DNA of 64,000 bases from the human T2T-CHM13v2.0 reference genome, Homo sapiens. The DNA is taken from assembly GCF_009914755.1 (NCBI RefSeq), contig NC_060933.1. One strand, 5' to 3'. Below, piece after piece: positions 28,795-43,800 of this stretch. Under the pieces are notes generated by a model, which saw nothing but the letters and a program-made list of their open reading frames with translations, made no database searches and was not told the origin of the DNA. Positions within the stretch are counted from its first letter, which is position 1. Each line of letters opens with the position of its first letter. A program made the translations under genes and the position numbers.

Positions 28795-31700
28795 AATAGA
28801 ATGGAATGGAATGGAATGGAACGGAACGGAATGGAATGGAATGGAATGGAATGGAACGGAAAGGAATGGAATGGAATGGAATGGAATGGAATGGAATGGA
28901 ATTAACCCGAATAGAATGGAATGGAATGGAATGGAACGGAACGGAACGGAACGTAATGGAATGGAATGGAATGGAATGGAATGGAATGGAATCAACCCGA
29001 CTGCAGGGGAATGGAATGGAGTGGAATGCAATGGAATCAACCCGAGTACAGGGGAATGGAATGGAATGGAATGCAATGGAATAGAATCATCCGTAATGGA
29101 ATGGAAAGGAATGGAATGGAATGGAATGGAATGGAATGGAATCAACTCGATTGCAATCGAATGGAATGGAATGGAATTAACGCGAATAGAATGGAATGGA
29201 ATGGAATGGAACGGAACGGAATGGAATGGAATGGAATGGAATGGAACGGAAAGGAATGGAATGGAATGGAATGGAATGGAATCAACGCGAGTGCAGGGGA
29301 ATGGAATGGAATCGAATGGAATGGAATAGAATGGAATGGAATCAACCCGAGTGCAGGGGAATGTAATGGAACGGAATGCAACGGAATGGAATCATCCAGA
29401 ATGGAATGGAATGGAATGGAATGCAAAGCAATGGAATCAACTCGATTGCAATGGAATGGAATGGAATGGAAAGGAATAGAATGGAATCAACCCGAGTGTA
29501 ATGGAATGGAAAGGACTGGAATGGAGTGGAATGGAATGGAATGGAATGGAATGGAATCAACTCGATTGGAATGGAATGGAATGGAATGGAATGGAATGGA
29601 ATGGAATGGAATTAACCCGAATAGAATGGAATGGAATGGAATGGAACGGAACGGAATGGAATGGAATGGAATGGAATGGAATGGAATGGAATGGAATCAA
29701 CCCGACTGCAGGGGAATGGAATGGAATGGAATGGAATGGAATGGAATGGAATCATCCGGAACGGAATGGAATGGAATGGAATGGAATCAACTCGATTGCA
29801 ATGGAATGGAAGGGAATGGAATGGAATCGAATGTAATGGAATGGAATTAACCAGAATAGAATGGAATGGAATGGAATGGAACGGAATGGAATGGAATGGA
29901 ATGGAATCAACCCGAGTGCAGGGGAATGGAATGGAATGGAATGCAATGGAATGGAATCATCCGGAATGGAATGGAATGGAATGGAATGCCGTCAACCTGA
30001 TGCAATGGAATGGAGTGGAATGGAATGGAATGGAATGGAAACATCCCGAATGGAATGGAATGTAATGGAGTGTAAGGGAATTGAATAGAATCAATCCGAA
30101 TGGAATGGAATGGAATGGAATGAAATGGAATGGAATGGAATGGAATGGAATCAACCCGAGTGCAATGGAATGGATTCGAATGGAATGGAATGGAATGGAA
30201 TGGATTCAACAAGAATGGAATGGAAAGGAATGGAATCAACCCGAGTGTAATGGCATGGAATGGAACGGAATGGAATGGGATGGAATGGAATGGTACGGAA
30301 TAGAATGGAATGGAATGACATGGAATGGAATGGAATGGAATGGAATGGAATGGAATGGAATGGAATGGAATGGAATGAACCCGTGTGCAATGGAATGGAA
30401 TGGAATGGAATGGATTCAACTCGAATGGAATCAACTCGATTGCAATGGAATGGAATGGAATGGAAAGGAATAGAATGGAATCAACCCGAGTGGAATGGAA
30501 TGGAAAGGACTGGAATGGAGTGGAATGCAATGGAATGGAATTAACCCGAATAGAATGAAATGGAACGGAATGGAACGGAATGTAATGCAATGGAATCGAA
30601 TGGAATCAACCCGAGTGCAGGGGAATGCAATGGAATGGAATGCAATGCAATGGAATCATCCGGAATGGAATGGAATGGAATGGAATGGAATTGAATGGAA
30701 TGGAATGGAATCAACTCGATTTCAATGGAATGGAATGGAATAGAATGGAATGGAATTAACATGAATAGAATGGAATGGAATGGAATGGAATGGAATGGAA
30801 TGGAATGGAACAGAAAGGCATGGAATGGAATGGAATGGAATCAACCCAAGTGCAGGGGAATGGAATGGAATGGAATTCAATGGAATGGAATCATCCGGAA
30901 TGGAATGGAATGGAATGGAATGCAATGGAATGGAATCAACCCGAGTGCAATGGAATGGAGAGGAATTGAATGGAATGGAATGGAAACTACCCGAATGGAA
31001 TGGAATGTAATGGAGTGTAAGGGAATTGAATAGAATGAATCCGAATGGAATGGAATGGAATGGAAAGGAATGGAATGGAATGGAATGGAATGCAATGCCA
31101 TGGAATCAACCCGAGTGCAATCGAATGGAATCGAATGGAATGGAATGCAATGGAATGGATTCAACTTGAATGGAATGGAAAGAATGGAATCAACACGAGT
31201 GGAATGGCATGGATTGGAATGGAATGGAATGGAATCAACCCGAGTACAGGGGAATGGAATGGAATGGAATGAAATGGAATGGAATCATACGTAATGTAAT
31301 GGAAAGGAATGGAATGGAAAGGAATGGAATGAAATTGAATGGAATAGAATGGAATGGAATGGAATCAACTCGATTGCAATCGAATGGAATGGAATGGAAT
31401 TAACCCGCATAGAATGGAATGGAATGGAACGGAACGGAATGGAATGGAATGGAATGGAATGGAATGGAAGGGAACGGATCGGAATGGAATGGAATGGAAT
31501 GGAATGGAATGGAATGGAATCAACACGAGTGCAGGGGAATGGAATGGAATGGAATGCAATGCAATGGAATCTTCCGGAATGGAATGGAATGGAATGCAAT
31601 GGATTCAACTCGATTGCAATGGAATGGAATAGAATGTAATGGAATGGAATGGAATGGAATTAACCCGAATAGAATGGAATGGAATGGAATGGAACGGAAC

Positions 31701-34700
31701 GGAACGGAATGGAATGGAATGGAATGGAATGGAATGGAATGGAATGGAACAGAAAGCAATGGAATGGAATGGAATGGAATTGTATGGAATGGAATGGAAT
31801 GGTACGGAATAGAATGGAATGGAAAGAATTGGAATGGAATGGAATCGAATGGAATGGAATGGAATGGAATGGAATCAGCCCGAGTGCAGGGGAATGTAAT
31901 GGAACGGAATGGAATGGAATGGAATCATCCAGAATGGAATGGAATGGAATGGAATGGAATGGAATGGAATGGAATGGAATCAACCCTAGTGCAATGGAAT
32001 GGAGTGGAATGGAATGGAATGGAATGGAACAACCCGAATGGAATGGAATGTAATGGAGAGTAAGGGAGTTGAATAGAATCAATCCGAATGTAATGGAATG
32101 GAATGGAACGGAATGGAATTGAATGGAATGGAATGGAATGCAATGGAGTGGAATCAACCCGAGTGCAATGGAATGGAGAGGAATGGAATGGAATGGAATG
32201 GAAACTACGCGAATGGAATGGAATGTAATGGAGTGTAAGGGAATTGAATAGTATCAATCCGAATGTAATGGAATGGAATGGAACGGAATGGAATGGAATG
32301 GAATGGAATGGAATGGAATGGAATCGTTCGGAGTGGAATAGGAGGGAATGTATTCGAGTGGAATGGAAAGGAATGGAATCAACCAGAGTGGAATGGAAGG
32401 GAATGGAATGGAATGGAAACTAATAGATTGGAATCAACCCGAGTGGAATGGAATGGAAAGGACTGGAATGGAATGGAATGGAATGGAATGGAATCAACTG
32501 GATTGTAATGGAATGGAATGGAATGGAATGGAATGGAATGGAATGGAATGGAATGGAATGGAATTAACCCGAATACAATGGAATGGAATGGAATGGAATG
32601 GAATGGAACGGAATGGACTGGAATGGAATGGATTCAACCCGAGTGCAGGGGAATGGAATGGAATGGAATGCAATGGAATGGAATCATCCGGAATGGAATG
32701 GAATGGAATGGAATGCAAAGCAATGGAATCAACTCGATTGCAATGGAAAGGAATGGAATGGAAAGGAATAGAATGGAATCAACCTGATTGGAATGGAATG
32801 GAAAGGACTGGAATGGAGTGGAATGGAATGGAATGGAATGGAATGGAATGCAATGGAATGGTATGGAATGGAATGGAATGGTACGGAATAGAATGGAATG
32901 GAAGGAATTGTAATGGAACGGAATTCAATGGAATGGAATGGAATGGAATGGAATCAGCGCGAGTGCAGGGGAATGTAATGGAACGGAATGCAATGGAATG
33001 GAATCATCCGGAATGGAATGGAATGGAATGGAATGGAATGGAATCAACCCAAGTGCAATGGAAAGGAGTGGAATGGAATGGAATGGAATGGAACAACCCA
33101 AATGGAATGGAATGTAATGGAGAGTAAGGGAGTTGAATAGAATCAATGAGAATGTAATGGAATGGAATGCAACGGAATGGAATGGAATGGAATGGAATGG
33201 AATGCAATGGAATGGAATCAACCCGAGTACAATGGAATGGAATGGAATGGAATGGAATGGAATGGAATGGAATGGAATGCCTTCAAACCGAATGGAATGG
33301 AAAGGAATGGAATCAACACGAGTGGAATGGAATGGAATGGAATGGAATGGAATGGAATGGAATGGAATGGAATGATACGGAATAGGATGGATTGGAACGA
33401 AATGGAATGGAATGGAAAGGAATGGAATGGAATGGAATGGAATGGAATCGTTCCGAGTGGAATAGGAGGGAATGTATTTGAGTGGAATGGAAAGGAAAGG
33501 AATCAACCAGAGTGCAATGGAAGGGAATGGAATGGAATGGAAACTAATAGAATGGAATCAACCCTAGTGGAATGGAATGGAAAGGACTGGAATGGAAAGG
33601 AATGGAATGGAATGGAATGGAATGGAATGGAATGGAATGGAATCAACCCGAGTGCAGGGGAATGTAATGGAACGGAATGCAAAGGAAAGGAATCATCCGG
33701 AATGGAATGGAATGGAATGGAATGGAATGGAATCAACCCGAGTGCAATGGAATGGAGTGGAATGGAATGGAATGGAATGGAACAACCCGAATGGAATGGA
33801 ATGTAATGGAGAGTAAGGGAGTTGAAAAGAATCAATCCGAATGTAATGGAATGGAATGGAACGGAATGGAATGGAATGGAATGGAATGGAATGGAATGCA
33901 ATGGAATGGAATCAACCCAAGTACAATGGAATGGAATGGAATGGAATGGAATGGAACGGAATGGAATGGAATGGAATGCAATGGAATGGAATCTTCCGGA
34001 ATGGAAAGGAATGGAATGGAATGGAATGGAATGGAATGCAATGGATTCAACACGATTGCAATGGAATGGAATAGAATGGAATGGAATGGAATGGAATGGA
34101 ATTAAACCGAATAGAATGGAATGGAATGGAACGGAACGGAACGGAACTGAACGGAACGGAACGGAGTGGAATGGAATGGAATGGAATTGTATGGAATGGA
34201 ATGGAATGGTACGGAATAGAATGGAATGGAATGAATTGGAATGGAATGGAATCGAATGGAATGGAATGGAATGGAATGGAATCAATCCGAGTGCAGGGGA
34301 ATGTAATGGAACGGAATGCAATGGAATGGAATCATCCGGAATGGAATGGAATGGAATGGAATGGAATGGAATGGAATGGAATGGAATCAACCCGAGTGCA
34401 ATGGAATGGAGTGGAATGGAATGGAATGGAATGGAACAACCCGAATGGAATGGAATGTAATGGAGAGTAAGGGAGTTGAATAGAATCAATCCGAATGTAA
34501 TGGCATGGAACGGAATGGAATGGAATGGAATGGAATGGAATGGAATGGAATGGAATGGAATGCAATGGAATGGAATCAACCCGAGTACAATGGAACGGAA
34601 TGGAATGGAATGGAATGGAATGGAATGGAATGGAATGCCTTCAAACCTAATGGAATGGAAAGGAATGGAATCAACACGAGTGGAATGGAATGGAATGGAA

Positions 34701-37700
34701 TGGAATGGAATGGAATGGAATGGAATGATACGGAATAGAATGGAATGGAACGAAATGGAATGGAATGCAATGGAATGGAATGGAATGGAATGGAATGGAA
34801 TCGTTCCGAGTGGAATAGGAGGGAATGTATTCGAGTGGAATGGAAAGGAATGGAATCAGCAGAGTGGAATGGAAGGGAATGGAATGGAATGGAAACTAAT
34901 AGAATGGAATCAACCCGAGTGGAATGGAATGGAAAGGACTGGAATGGATTGGAAAGGAATGGAATGGAATCAACTCGATTGTAATGGAATGGAATGGAAT
35001 GGAATGGACTGGAATGGAATGGAATTAACCCGAATACAATGGAATGGAATGGAATGGAAAGGAATGGAATGGAATGATACGGAATAGAATGGAATGGTAC
35101 GAAATGGAATGGAATGGAATGGAATGGAATGGAATGGAATGGAATGGAATGGTTCCGAGTGGAATAGGAGGGAATGTATTCGAGTGGAATGGAAAGGAAT
35201 GGAATCAACCAGAGTGGAATGGAAGGGAATGGAATGGAATGGAAACTAATAGAATGGAATCAACCCGAGTGGAATGGAATGGAAAGGACTGGAATGGAAT
35301 GGAATGGAATGGAATCAACTCGATTGTAATGGAATGGAATGGAATGGAATGGACTGGAATGGAATGGAATTAACCCGAATACAATGGAATGGAATGGAAT
35401 GGAACGTAATGGAGTGGAATGGAATGGAATCAACCCGAGTGCAGGGGAATGGAATGGAATGGAATGCAATGGAATGGAATCATCCGGAATGGAATGGAAT
35501 GGAATGGAATGCAAAGCAATGGAATCAACTCGATTACAATGGAATGGAATGGAATGGAAAGGAATACATTGGAATCAACCCGAGTGGAATGGAATGGAAA
35601 GGACTGGAATGGAGTGGAATGGAATGGAATGGAATGGAATAGAATCAACTCGATTGTTATGGAATGGAATGGAATGGAATTAACCCGAATAGAATGGAAT
35701 GGAATGGAATGGAACGGAACGGAACGGAACGGAATGAAATGGAATGGAATGGAATGGAATGGATTGGAATCAACCCGACTGCAGGGGAATGGAATGGAAT
35801 GGAAAGCAATGGAATGGATTCAACTTGAATGGAATGGAAAGAATGGAATCAACACGAGTGGAATGGCATGGACTGGAATGGAATGGAATGGAATCAACCC
35901 GAGTACAGGGGAAAGGAATGGAATGGAATGCAATGGAATGGAATCATCCGTAATGGAATGGAAAGTAATGAAATGGAATGGAATGGAATGGAATGGAATG
36001 GCATGGAATCAACTCGATTGCAATCGAATGGAATGGAATGGAATTAACCCGAATAGAATGGAATGGAATGGAATGGAACAGAACGGAACAGAACGGAACG
36101 GAATGGAATGGAATGGAATGGAATGGAAAGGAAAGGAATGGAATGGAATGGAATGGAATGGAATGGAATGGAATGGAATGGAATCAACGCGAGTGCAGGG
36201 GAATGGAATGGAATGGAATGCAATGGAATGCAATCTTCCGGAATGGAATGGAATGGAATGGAATGGAATGGAATGGAATGGAATTGAATGGAATCAACCC
36301 GAGTGCAATGGAATGGAGTGGAATGGAATGGAATGGAATGGAACAACCCGAATGGAATCGAATGTAATGGAGAGTAAGGGAGTTGAATAGAATCAATCCG
36401 AATGTAATGGAATGGAATGGAACGGAATGGAATTGAATGGTATGGAATGGAACGCAATGGAATGGAATCAACCCGAATGCAATGGAATGGAGAGGAATGG
36501 AATGGAATGGAAACTACCCGAATGGAATGGAATGTAATGGAGTGTAAGGGAATTGAATAGAATCAATCCGAATATAATGGAATGGAATGGAACGGAATGG
36601 AATGGAATGGAATGGAATGGAATGCAATGGAATGGAATCAACCCGAGTGCAATCGAATGGAAACGAATGGAATGGAATGTAATGGAATGGAATGGAATTG
36701 TATGGAATGGAATGGAATGGTATGGAATAGAATGGAATGGAAAGAATTGGAATGGAATGGAATCGAATGGAATGGAATGGAATGGAATGGAATTAACCCG
36801 AGTGCAGGGGAATGTAATGGAACGGAATGCAATGGAATGGAATCATCCGGAATGGAATGGAATGGAATGGAATGGAATGGAATCAACCCGAGTGCAATGG
36901 AATGGAGTGGAATGGAATGGAATGGAATGGAACAACCCGAATGGAATGGAATGTAATGGAGAGTAAGGGAGTTGAATAGAATCAATCCGAATGTAATGGA
37001 ATGGAATGCAACGGAATGGAATGGAATGGAATGGAATGGAATGGAATTTAATAGAATGCAAAGGAATGGAATCAACCCGAGTGGAATGGCATGGAATGGA
37101 ATGCAATGGATTGAAATGGAATGGAATCAACTCGAGTGGAAAGGAATGGAATGGAATGGAAAGGAATGGAATGAAGTCAATTCGAGTGGAATGGAATGGA
37201 ATGGAATGGATTGGAATGGATTACAATGGAATGAAATGGAATGGAATGGAATGGAATCAATCATGGAAGGGAATGTATTGGAGTGGAAAGAAGGGAATGG
37301 AATCAACCCGAGTGGAATGCAAGGCAATGGAATGGAATGGAAAGGAATGGAATGGAATCAACTCGATTGCAATGGAATGGAATGGAATGGAATGGAATGG
37401 AATGGAATGGAATGGAATGGAATTAACCGGAATAGAATGGAATGGAATGGAATGGAACGGAATGGAATGGAATGGAAGGGAATGGAATCAACACGAGTGC
37501 AGGGGAATGGAATGGAATGGAATGCAATGGAATGGAATCATCCGGAATGGAATGGAATGGAATGGAATCAACTCCATTGCAATGGAATGGAATGGAATGG
37601 AATGGAATAGAATGGAATGGAATTAACCTGAATAGATGGAATGCAATAGAATGGAATGCAACGGAAACGAATGGAGTGGAATGGAATGGAATGGAATCAA

Positions 37701-37860
37701 CCCGAGTACAGGGGAATGGAATGGAATGGAATGCAATGGAATGGAGTCATCCGTAATTGAATGGAAAGGAATGGAATGGAATGGAATGGAATGGAATGGA
37801 ATGGAATGGAATGGAATCAACTCGATGGCAATCGAATGGAATGGAATGGAATTAACCCGA
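28795..37860. repeat. ~9.06 kb tandem duplication, copy 1
   Basis: Rare words recur at offsets of 9050-9070: ATGCCGTCAACCTGATG (~29986 and ~39056), GGAACGGATCGG (~31471 and ~40536), CTACGCGAA (~32205 and ~41260). Identical ORF translations pair as 29142/38207, 30495/39560, 30877/39942 and 34745/43805. Confidence 0.93.
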
Positions 37861-40800
37861 ATAGAATGGAATGGAATGGAATGGAACGGAACGGAATGGA
37901 ATGGAATGGAATGGAATGGAACGGAAAGGAATGGAATGGAATGGAATGGAATGGAATGGAATGGAATTAACCCGAATAGAATGGAATGGAATGGAATGGA
38001 ACGGAACGGAACGGAACGTAATGGAATGGAATGGAATGGAATGGAATGGAATGGAATCAACCCGACTGCAGGGGAATGGAATGGAATGGAATGCAATGGA
38101 ATCAACCCGAGTACAGGGGAATGGAATGGAATGGAATGCAATGGAATAGAATCATCCGTAATGGAATGGAAAGGAATGGAATGGAATGGAATGGAATGGA
38201 ATGGAATCAACTCGATTGCAATCGAATGGAATGGAATGGAATTAACGCGAATAGAATGGAATGGAATGGAATGGAACGGAACGGAATGGAATGGAATGGA
38301 ATGGAATGGAACGGAAAGGAATGGAATGGAATGGAATGGAATGGAATCAACGCGAGTGCAGGGGAATGGAATGGAATCGAATGGAATGGAATAGAATGGA
38401 ATGGAATCAACCCGAGTGCAGGGGAATGTAATGGAACGGAATGCAACGGAATGGAATCATCCAGAATGGAATGGAATGGAATGGAATGCAAAGCAATGGA
38501 ATCAACTCGATTGCAATGGAATGGAATGGAATGGAAAGGAATAGAATGGAATCAACCCGAGTGTAATGGAATGGAAAGGACTGGAATGGAGTGGAATGGA
38601 ATGGAATGGAATGGAATGGAATCAACTCGATTGGAATGGAATGGAATGGAATGGAATGGAATGGAATGGAATGGAATGGAATTAACCCGAATAGAATGGA
38701 ATGGAATGGAATGGAACGGAACGGAATGGAATGGAATGGAATGGAATGGAATGGAATGGAATGGAATCAACCCGACTGCAGGGGAATGGAATGGAATGGA
38801 ATGGAATGGAATGGAATGGAATCATCCGGAACGGAATGGAATGGAATGGAATGGAATCAACTCGATTGCAATGGAATGGAAGGGAATGGAATGGAATCGA
38901 ATGTAATGGAATGGAATTAACCAGAATAGAATGGAATGGAATGGAATGGAACGGAATGGAATGGAATGGAATGGAATCAACCCGAGTGCAGGGGAATGGA
39001 ATGGAATGGAATGCAATGGAATGGAATCATCCGGAATGGAATGGAATGGAATGGAATGCCGTCAACCTGATGCAATGGAATGGAGTGGAATGGAATGGAA
39101 TGGAATGGAAACATCCCGAATGGAATGGAATGTAATGGAGTGTAAGGGAATTGAATAGAATCAATCCGAATGGAATGGAATGGAATGGAATGAAATGGAA
39201 TGGAATGGAATGGAATGGAATCAACCCGAGTGCAATGGAATGGATTCGAATGGAATGGAATGGAATGGAATGGATTCAACAAGAATGGAATGGAAAGGAA
39301 TGGAATCAACCCGAGTGTAATGGCATGGAATGGAACGGAATGGAATGGGATGGAATGGAATGGTACGGAATAGAATGGAATGGAATGACATGGAATGGAA
39401 TGGAATGGAATGGAATGGAATGGAATGGAATGGAATGGAATGAACCCGTGTGCAATGGAATGGAATGGAATGGAATGGATTCAACTCGAATGGAATCAAC
39501 TCGATTGCAATGGAATGGAATGGAATGGAAAGGAATAGAATGGAATCAACCCGAGTGGAATGGAATGGAAAGGACTGGAATGGAGTGGAATGCAATGGAA
39601 TGGAATTAACCCGAATAGAATGAAATGGAACGGAATGGAACGGAATGTAATGCAATGGAATCGAATGGAATCAACCCGAGTGCAGGGGAATGCAATGGAA
39701 TGGAATGCAATGCAATGGAATCATCCGGAATGGAATGGAATGGAATGGAATGGAATTGAATGGAATGGAATGGAATCAACTCGATTTCAATGGAATGGAA
39801 TGGAATAGAATGGAATGGAATTAACATGAATAGAATGGAATGGAATGGAATGGAATGGAATGGAATGGAATGGAACAGAAAGGCATGGAATGGAATGGAA
39901 TGGAATCAACCCAAGTGCAGGGGAATGGAATGGAATGGAATTCAATGGAATGGAATCATCCGGAATGGAATGGAATGGAATGGAATGCAATGGAATGGAA
40001 TCAACCCGAGTGCAATGGAATGGAGAGGAATTGAATGGAATGGAATGGAAACTACCCGAATGGAATGGAATGTAATGGAGTGTAAGGGAATTGAATAGAA
40101 TGAATCCGAATGGAATGGAATGGAATGGAAAGGAATGGAATGGAATGGAATGGAATGCAATGCCATGGAATCAACCCGAGTGCAATCGAATGGAATCGAA
40201 TGGAATGGAATGCAATGGAATGGATTCAACTTGAATGGAATGGAAAGAATGGAATCAACACGAGTGGAATGGCATGGATTGGAATGGAATGGAATGGAAT
40301 CAACCCGAGTACAGGGGAATGGAATGGAATGGAATGAAATGGAATGGAATCATACGTAATGTAATGGAAAGGAATGGAATGGAAAGGAATGGAATGAAAT
40401 TGAATGGAATAGAATGGAATGGAATGGAATCAACTCGATTGCAATCGAATGGAATGGAATGGAATTAACCCGCATAGAATGGAATGGAATGGAACGGAAC
40501 GGAATGGAATGGAATGGAATGGAATGGAATGGAAGGGAACGGATCGGAATGGAATGGAATGGAATGGAATGGAATCAACACGAGTGCAGGGGAATGGAAT
40601 GGAATGGAATGCAATGCAATGGAATCTTCCGGAATGGAATGGAATGGAATGCAATGGATTCAACTCGATTGCAATGGAATGGAATAGAATGTAATGGAAT
40701 GGAATGGAATGGAATTAACCCGAATAGAATGGAATGGAATGGAATGGAACGGAACGGAACGGAATGGAATGGAATGGAATGGAATGGAATGGAATGGAAT

Positions 40801-43800
40801 GGAACAGAAAGCAATGGAATGGAATGGAATGGAATTGTATGGAATGGAATGGAATGGTACGGAATAGAATGGAATGGAAAGAATTGGAATGGAATGGAAT
40901 CGAATGGAATGGAATGGAATGGAATGGAATCAGCCCGAGTGCAGGGGAATGTAATGGAACGGAATGGAATGGAATGGAATCATCCAGAATGGAATGGAAT
41001 GGAATGGAATGGAATGGAATGGAATGGAATGGAATCAACCCAAGTGCAATGGAATGGAGTGGAATGGAATGGAATGGAATGGAACAACCCGAATGGAATG
41101 GAATGTAATGGAGAGTAAGGGAGTTGAATAGAATCAATCCGAATGTAATGGAATGGAATGGAACGGAATGGAATTGAATGGAATGGAATGGAATGCAATG
41201 GAGTGGAATCAACCCGAGTGCAATGGAATGGAGAGGAATGGAATGGAATGGAATGGAAACTACGCGAATGGAATGGAATGTAATGGAGTGTAAGGGAATT
41301 GAATAGTATCAATCCGAATGTAATGGAATGGAATGGAACGGATTGGAACGGAATGGAATGGAATGGAATGGAATGGAATCGTTCGGAGTGGAATAGGAGG
41401 GAATGTATTCGAGTGGAATGGAAAGGAATGGAATCAACCAGAGTGGAATGGAAGGGAATGGAATGGAATGGAAACTAATAGATTGGAATCAACCCGAGTG
41501 GAATGGAATGGAAAGGACTGGAATGGAATGGAATGGAATGGAATGGAATCAACTGGATTGTAATGGAATGGAATGGAATGGAATGGAATGGAATGGAATG
41601 GAATGGAATGGAATGGAATTAACCCGAATACAATGGAATGGAATGGAATGGAATGGAATGGAACGGAATGGACTGGAATGGAATGGATTCAACCCGAGTG
41701 CAGGGGAATGGAATAGAATGGAATGCAATGGAATGGAATCATCCGGAATGGAATGGAATGGAATGGAATGCAAAGCAATGGAATCAACTCGATTGCAATG
41801 GAAAGGAATGGAATGGAAAGGAATAGAATGGAATCAACCTGATTGGAATGGAATGGAAAGGACTGGAATGGAGTGGAATGGAATGGAATGGAATGGAATG
41901 GAATGCAATGGAATGGTATGGAATGGAATGGAATGGTACGGAATAGAATGGAATGGAAGGAATTGTAATGGAACGGAATTCAATGGAATGGAATGGAATG
42001 GAATGGAATCAGCGCGAGTGCAGGGGAATGTAATGGAACGGAATGCAATGGAATGGAATCATCCGGAATGGAATGGAATGGAATGGAATGGAATGGAATC
42101 AACCCAAGTGCAATGGAAAGGAGTGGAATGGAATGGAATGGAATGGAACAACCCAAATGGAATGGAATGTAATGGAGAGTAAGGGAGTTGAATAGAATCA
42201 ATGAGAATGTAATGGAATGGAATGCAACGGAATGGAATGGAATGGAATGGAATGGAATGCAATGGAATGGAATCAACCCGAGTACAATGGAATGGAATGG
42301 AATGGAATGGAATGGAATGGAATGGAATGCCTTCAAACCGAATGGAATGGAAAGGAATGGAATCAACACGAGTGGAATGGAATGGAATGGAATGGAATGG
42401 AATGGAATGGAATGGAATGGAATGATACGGAATAGGATGGATTGGAACGAAATGGAATGGAATGGAAAGGAATGGAATGGAATGGAATGGAATGGAATCG
42501 TTCCGAGTGGAATAGGAGGGAATGTATTTGAGTGGAATGGAAAGGAAAGGAATCAACCAGAGTGCAATGGAAGGGAATGGAATGGAATGGAAACTAATAG
42601 AATGGAATCAACCCTAGTGGAATGGAATGGAAAGGACTGGAATGGAAAGGAATGGAATGGAATGGAATGGAATGGAATGGAATGGAATGGAATCAACCCG
42701 AGTGCAGGGGAATGTAATGGAACGGAATGCAAAGGAAAGGAATCATCCGGAATGGAATGGAATGGAATGGAATGGAATGGAATCAACCCGAGTGCAATGG
42801 AATGGAGTGGAATGGAATGGAATGGAATGGAACAACCCGAATGGAATGGAATGTAATGGAGAGTAAGGGAGTTGAAAAGAATCAATCCGAATGTAATGGA
42901 ATGGAATGGAACGGAATGGAATGGAATGGAATGGAATGGAATGGAATGCAATGGAATGGAATCAACCCAAGTACAATGGAATGGAATGGAATGGAATGGA
43001 ATGGAACGGAATGGAATGGAATGGAATGCAATGGAATGGAATCTTCCGGAATGGAAAGGAATGGAATGGAATGGAATGGAATGGAATGCAATGGATTCAA
43101 CACGATTGCAATGGAATGGAATAGAATGGAATGGAATGGAATGGAATGGAATTAAACCGAATAGAATGGAATGGAATGGAACGGAACGGAACGGAACTGA
43201 ACGGAACGGAACGGAGTGGAATGGAATGGAATGGAATTGTATGGAATGGAATGGAATGGTACGGAATAGAATGGAATGGAATGAATTGGAATGGAATGGA
43301 ATCGAATGGAATGGAATGGAATGGAATGGAATCAATCCGAGTGCAGGGGAATGTAATGGAACGGAATGCAATGGAATGGAATCATCCGGAATGGAATGGA
43401 ATGGAATGGAATGGAATGGAATGGAATGGAATGGAATGGAATCAACCCGAGTGCAATGGAATGGAGTGGAATGGAATGGAATGGAATGGAACAACCCGAA
43501 TGGAATGGAATGTAATGGAGAGTAAGGGAGTTGAATAGAATCAATCCGAATGTAATGGCATGGAACGGAATGGAATGGAATGGAATGGAATGGAATGGAA
43601 TGGAATGGAATGGAATGCAATGGAATGGAATCAACCCGAGTACAATGGAACGGAATGGAATGGAATGGAATGGAATGGAATGGAATGGAATGCCTTCAAA
43701 CCTAATGGAATGGAAAGGAATGGAATCAACACGAGTGGAATGGAATGGAATGGAATGGAATGGAATGGAATGGAATGGAATGGAATGATACGGAATAGAA